Part shown: in pieces, positions 60,661 to 64,000 of the stretch | Layout of the letters: every line of letters starts with the position of its first letter | How positions within the stretch are numbered: position 1 is the first letter of the stretch | Notes under the pieces: model-generated | Told to the model about the DNA's origin: nothing | What the model saw: the letters and a program-made list of their open reading frames with translations, nothing else | Database searches by the model: none | Source: Heterodontus francisci | Lineage: Eukaryota | Direction: 5' to 3' | Assembly: GCF_036365525.1 (NCBI RefSeq) | Contig: NC_090417.1 | Span: 2,342,832-2,406,831, forward strand | DNA: 64,000 nucleotides | Position numbers and translations under genes: made by a program

Positions 60661-62399
60661 TGCTCTCTCTTTCATTGTAAATGAGAAACACCTTACAGTG
60701 GGTTATTTTTATTTCAAGCCAAGTGAAAGACAGATGTCTTTGAGTTTCTCTGTTTCTGCACGTCAGTTGCAGCCCCGTCTCCTGCAGTCAATGTACCGAT
60801 CCTTGAAAATCCAGAAGCTGTCAGCCTTGATCTTCTGTGGAATAATTATCCAGACTGCGAACACATTTGCCTGAGACGCTCCTGTTTCTCTTCTAAATTA
60901 ACTTTGTAAGCCTGCTACCAGTACAAAGATTGTAGTTAATCTGCTGGAACAAATAATTGGCTATTTACAAGGGGCAGGAAATGTAACAGCAATGTTGCAC
61001 CTGTAAGTGAGCAGAAAATATAACTGGTTTAAGAAAATACTGGTGCAATCATGAGAAAGTACTCCAGTCATGATTATATTGAGAACTTAGTTACTTTTGA
61101 GCTATGGAAAAAAATGATGTTCAATCATACAGTAGAGGTGGAAGAAAAAAGTCAGGATCATTTGAGGGGATTGAAAGCATTTGTGCAGCTTATCAGTGCC
61201 AACTTTGTCCAAGAAATGCTCAGAATGGGGAATACGGAGAATGAGGATTTTGTTGGGTGGAGTGCCTGGTACTGTTTGGGAGAAACAATTTTTCAGATGG
61301 AATTTAATTTAGAAGGCTCCAACACAGGCGTGTCACACCAGGAAGCACATTGATGGACTGAAAATGGATCAGAGGCAGTGTTATTAAGGAGACTCCCTTA
61401 GAGAAGGCACGATTGTTCAGGAAACTTGCTCAAGAGCTGAAGTTTGGCTGGAGGCAGTGTTGCTTTGCATGTTCATTCCTGCATTGGAATTGGAGGCTCC
61501 ATTACTGAGGAGGTCCATTCCAAAAAAGTCTCACGTGGGGGCATATTCATAGAAAGGAGACGCCATCATGGGTTGAATGCCTTGGATTGATGTATTTCTT
61601 TAAGGGCAATGTATCATGTCCAGTTAAGGAGAGCAAATTATTTGGACTCTGCAAGCACCATAATAGCTGTTGTGACATTCTTTAAACATATTTCATTTTC
61701 ACGTACCCATTTTCACTGGAGATTCATTGTTTATTATAATTGTTTCAAATACAAATTATCCAAAGTCGCCAGTGCTTCCAGAACAAATTACAGTCTTTCC
61801 CCTGTGTTCAGGATGCTAACAACAGCAACAGATTACATTTATATTGTGTGTTTAAGGTTGTAAAATGTTCCAAGGCACTGTGCTAGCTGGAGTGAAACCT
61901 TAAACCTATTTCTGAAGAATGGGCTTTTAATTTCATGACGTGTAGCCTGCAGAGGAAGTTTTCCCCTTGGTGGGAATATAAACGATTGAAAAGAGATACA
62001 TACAGCTTTGTATGGGGCAGTAGGGGTTGTTGATCATCTCCGGTGCCCAGTAATGGCTCCATCCATCACATTTTCTCTGCGCCTTGCCAGATATGAGCAG
62101 AAAGGCTATCTGCTAAGACTGTCTATTATCCGAATGCTCGCCTTGTGCCAGACGTTCCGCACAATGGGAGCGGATGAAAATTGGTCAGTTGGAATTTCAT
62201 TCAGTGGCATTGTTTGGTCCATTTGGAACTCTGTACAAAAGGAGTGAATTGGAGAGAATTCAGTCAGTCTGAATTCTGCAAAATGACAGTGAATTGGGAG
62301 CCGATGGGCAGGGGTTTGTCCTTTGCAAATCCATCCAGTGGATAGAAATGGGAAGGAGTTTGTTCAAATGGGATTGATGCTGGTAATGATTTTGTTGTA

Positions 62400-62720
62400 C
62401 CCATTTACACCTCCTCCACACCCATCCTTTGTTTCTTTACTTGCCCTATTACCATCCCCTTTTTGTGTTGCGCCATCGTTCGCTTTTGTCATTTAACCTC
62501 TCTTGCTTTCCCCCCTAGCCTTTTTGTTCTTTACTCTTCCTCCTTTCCCTGCCTCTGTACTTGCTTCAAAACCTATTCAACCTCTAACTTTATCCAGTTC
62601 TGATGAGAGGTCGTCGACCTGAAACATTAAATCTGTTCCCCTCTCCACAGGTGCTGCGTGTTTCTCGCGTTTTCTCTTTTTATCTCAGATTTTCAGGATC
62701 CACAGTATTTTGCTTTTGTT
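62400..62720 (+). mobile_element. Older stand-alone PLE pLTR
   Basis: Pyrimidine-rich body, hammerhead, ctctccacag.tgctgc...cagattt...cagtattttgctttt tail as in 3737-4212. Confidence 0.8.
62596..62632 (+). ncRNA. Hammerhead motif in older pLTR (stems I and III decayed)
   Basis: AGTT-CTGATGA-G-AGGTC-GTC-GACCT-GAAAC-ATT-AAAT. Confidence 0.5.
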
Positions 62721-63209
62721 GAGGGAGATGACCTCTGCTCTGACACTTTTAATTCTCCCCATATGGAATGTTTTGAGAATTGTCAGTTCAGGCAGTAACA
62801 CTGGCCAAGAGACTGATTGTGCAGCCTACAAAAGAAAAGGATCTGTAAACAGTATATCTTATGCTGACATTTAGTTGCTGCTTCCCACTGATTCTTGCCT
62901 GGCTGTTAATTTGTTAACTTGAGGTTCTGCACTGGGTAAAATGAAAGGGTTGAATATTGATGCTTGGTCCAATCAATACTTATACGCCTGAGTTTTAGTC
63001 TTGGATGCAAACAGATTGGTGCCTCTTTCATGTTTTATGCACATGGTGAGTCAAAGTTTCCCTGGGGATAGTTTGAGTGTTTTGGTCTGCAACCAATGCT
63101 GTCACAACTCACTAAACTTATAGCACAAGCGCCCGCAATCAGTCAGGCCATCAAATCAGGAGGAAACTGAACTGAGAAGCTCCAGGATATAAAGACTATT
63201 GTACTAAAT

Positions 63210-63655
63210 GAGACACTTCCATTTATTTAGCACCTTTCATGTCCTTGGGATATCCCAAAGTACTTTACAGCCAATGAAGTACTTTTGAAGTGTTGTTTTT
63301 GTTATAATGTAGGAAACGCAGCAGCTAATTTGTGCCCAGCAAGATCCCACAACAGCAATGTGATAGTGATGAGATATTCTGTTTTGCTGATGTTGCTTGA
63401 GAGATAACTATTGGCCAGGACATGGGGAAATAACCCCTCTGTCCTCTTCAATAGAGTGCCAATGGGGTTTTTTACATCTACCTCACAGCACACAGGGCTT
63501 CGGTTTAACATTTCACCCAAAAGACGGCATCTCTGACAGCGGCACTCCCTCAGCACTGGAGTGTCAGCCTTAATTTTTATGCTCAAGTCTGTGGAGTGTG
63601 ATTTGAACCTACAGCCTCCTGACTGAGAGGGCTACCCACTGAGTCACAGCTGACA
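63210..63655 (-). mobile_element. SacSINE1-like Deu-SINE, full length
   Basis: Minus-strand head tggctcagtgggtagc-like, B box GGTTCAAATC, Deu domain, L2-like tail. Confidence 0.82.
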
Positions 63656-64000
63656 ACCGAGGCACCAGTTAACTTGTGAAATGAAAGTGTTGCAACTGAG
63701 TGAAATTGATTTGCTGTATCTTGGAAGGATCAAATATAAGATGGCTTGGTGGGGAATATTTTCCTTATTAAACCCAATATTTTACTTCTGCCAGGCTCCT
63801 CCTGTCTTTCACACACAAAGATTCCTGCAAGGCAAAAACTAAGTTCTCCTGTGGCAACTGCAGCAGAAGCTCAGTGTCCTGAGTGCATTTTCAGAGGATA
63901 TGTTTAGGGGAAGGCAGAGAGCCAGACTTCAAGCAGAGTGAGAAACTAAAGTGACTGAGTCACCTAGGAAATTCTTCCATTCATCCTCATGAACACCTAG

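Noticed and set aside
60900-61600. Purine-rich stretch with a 100-aa ORF (61051-61353) as a possible prkg1 exon 2 or pseudogene
   Set aside because: No match to the PKG-I cyclic-nucleotide-binding start (SKDLIKEAILDNDFMKNL) in any frame I checked; no other motif recognised

Overview
Vertebrate genomic DNA, almost certainly a cartilaginous fish (shark): it carries an HE1-type V-SINE, SacSINE1-like Deu-SINEs and many CR1/L2 LINE copies. The + strand holds a complete 10-exon ATAD1/Msp1 AAA-ATPase gene (non-coding exon 1 ending at 3588; CDS 13063-27993, 380 aa). The protein resembles the teleost atad1a-type paralogue more than mammalian ATAD1. Downstream on the same strand lies the 5' end of a cGMP-dependent protein kinase I gene with both alternative first coding exons: a diverged I-alpha (45697-45959) and a well-conserved I-beta (53494-53807). 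A CpG-rich divergent promoter at about 2.4-2.7 kb (three CCAAT boxes plus CDE/CHR) points to an unidentified minus-strand gene. The most striking accessory structure is a ~4 kb palindromic Neptune-type Penelope-like element in ATAD1 intron 4. It has two ~99% identical inverted arms, one 14-bp target-site duplication and a fold-back junction, and its 3' repeats carry minimal hammerhead ribozyme motifs that recur in stand-alone copies. Also present are a fossil Mutator-like (MULE) transposase split by a CR1 in intron 1 and a five-element nested transposon stack at 35-40 kb. All identifications are by eye and from remembered family motifs; no searches were run, and repeat boundaries are approximate unless a TSD is quoted.
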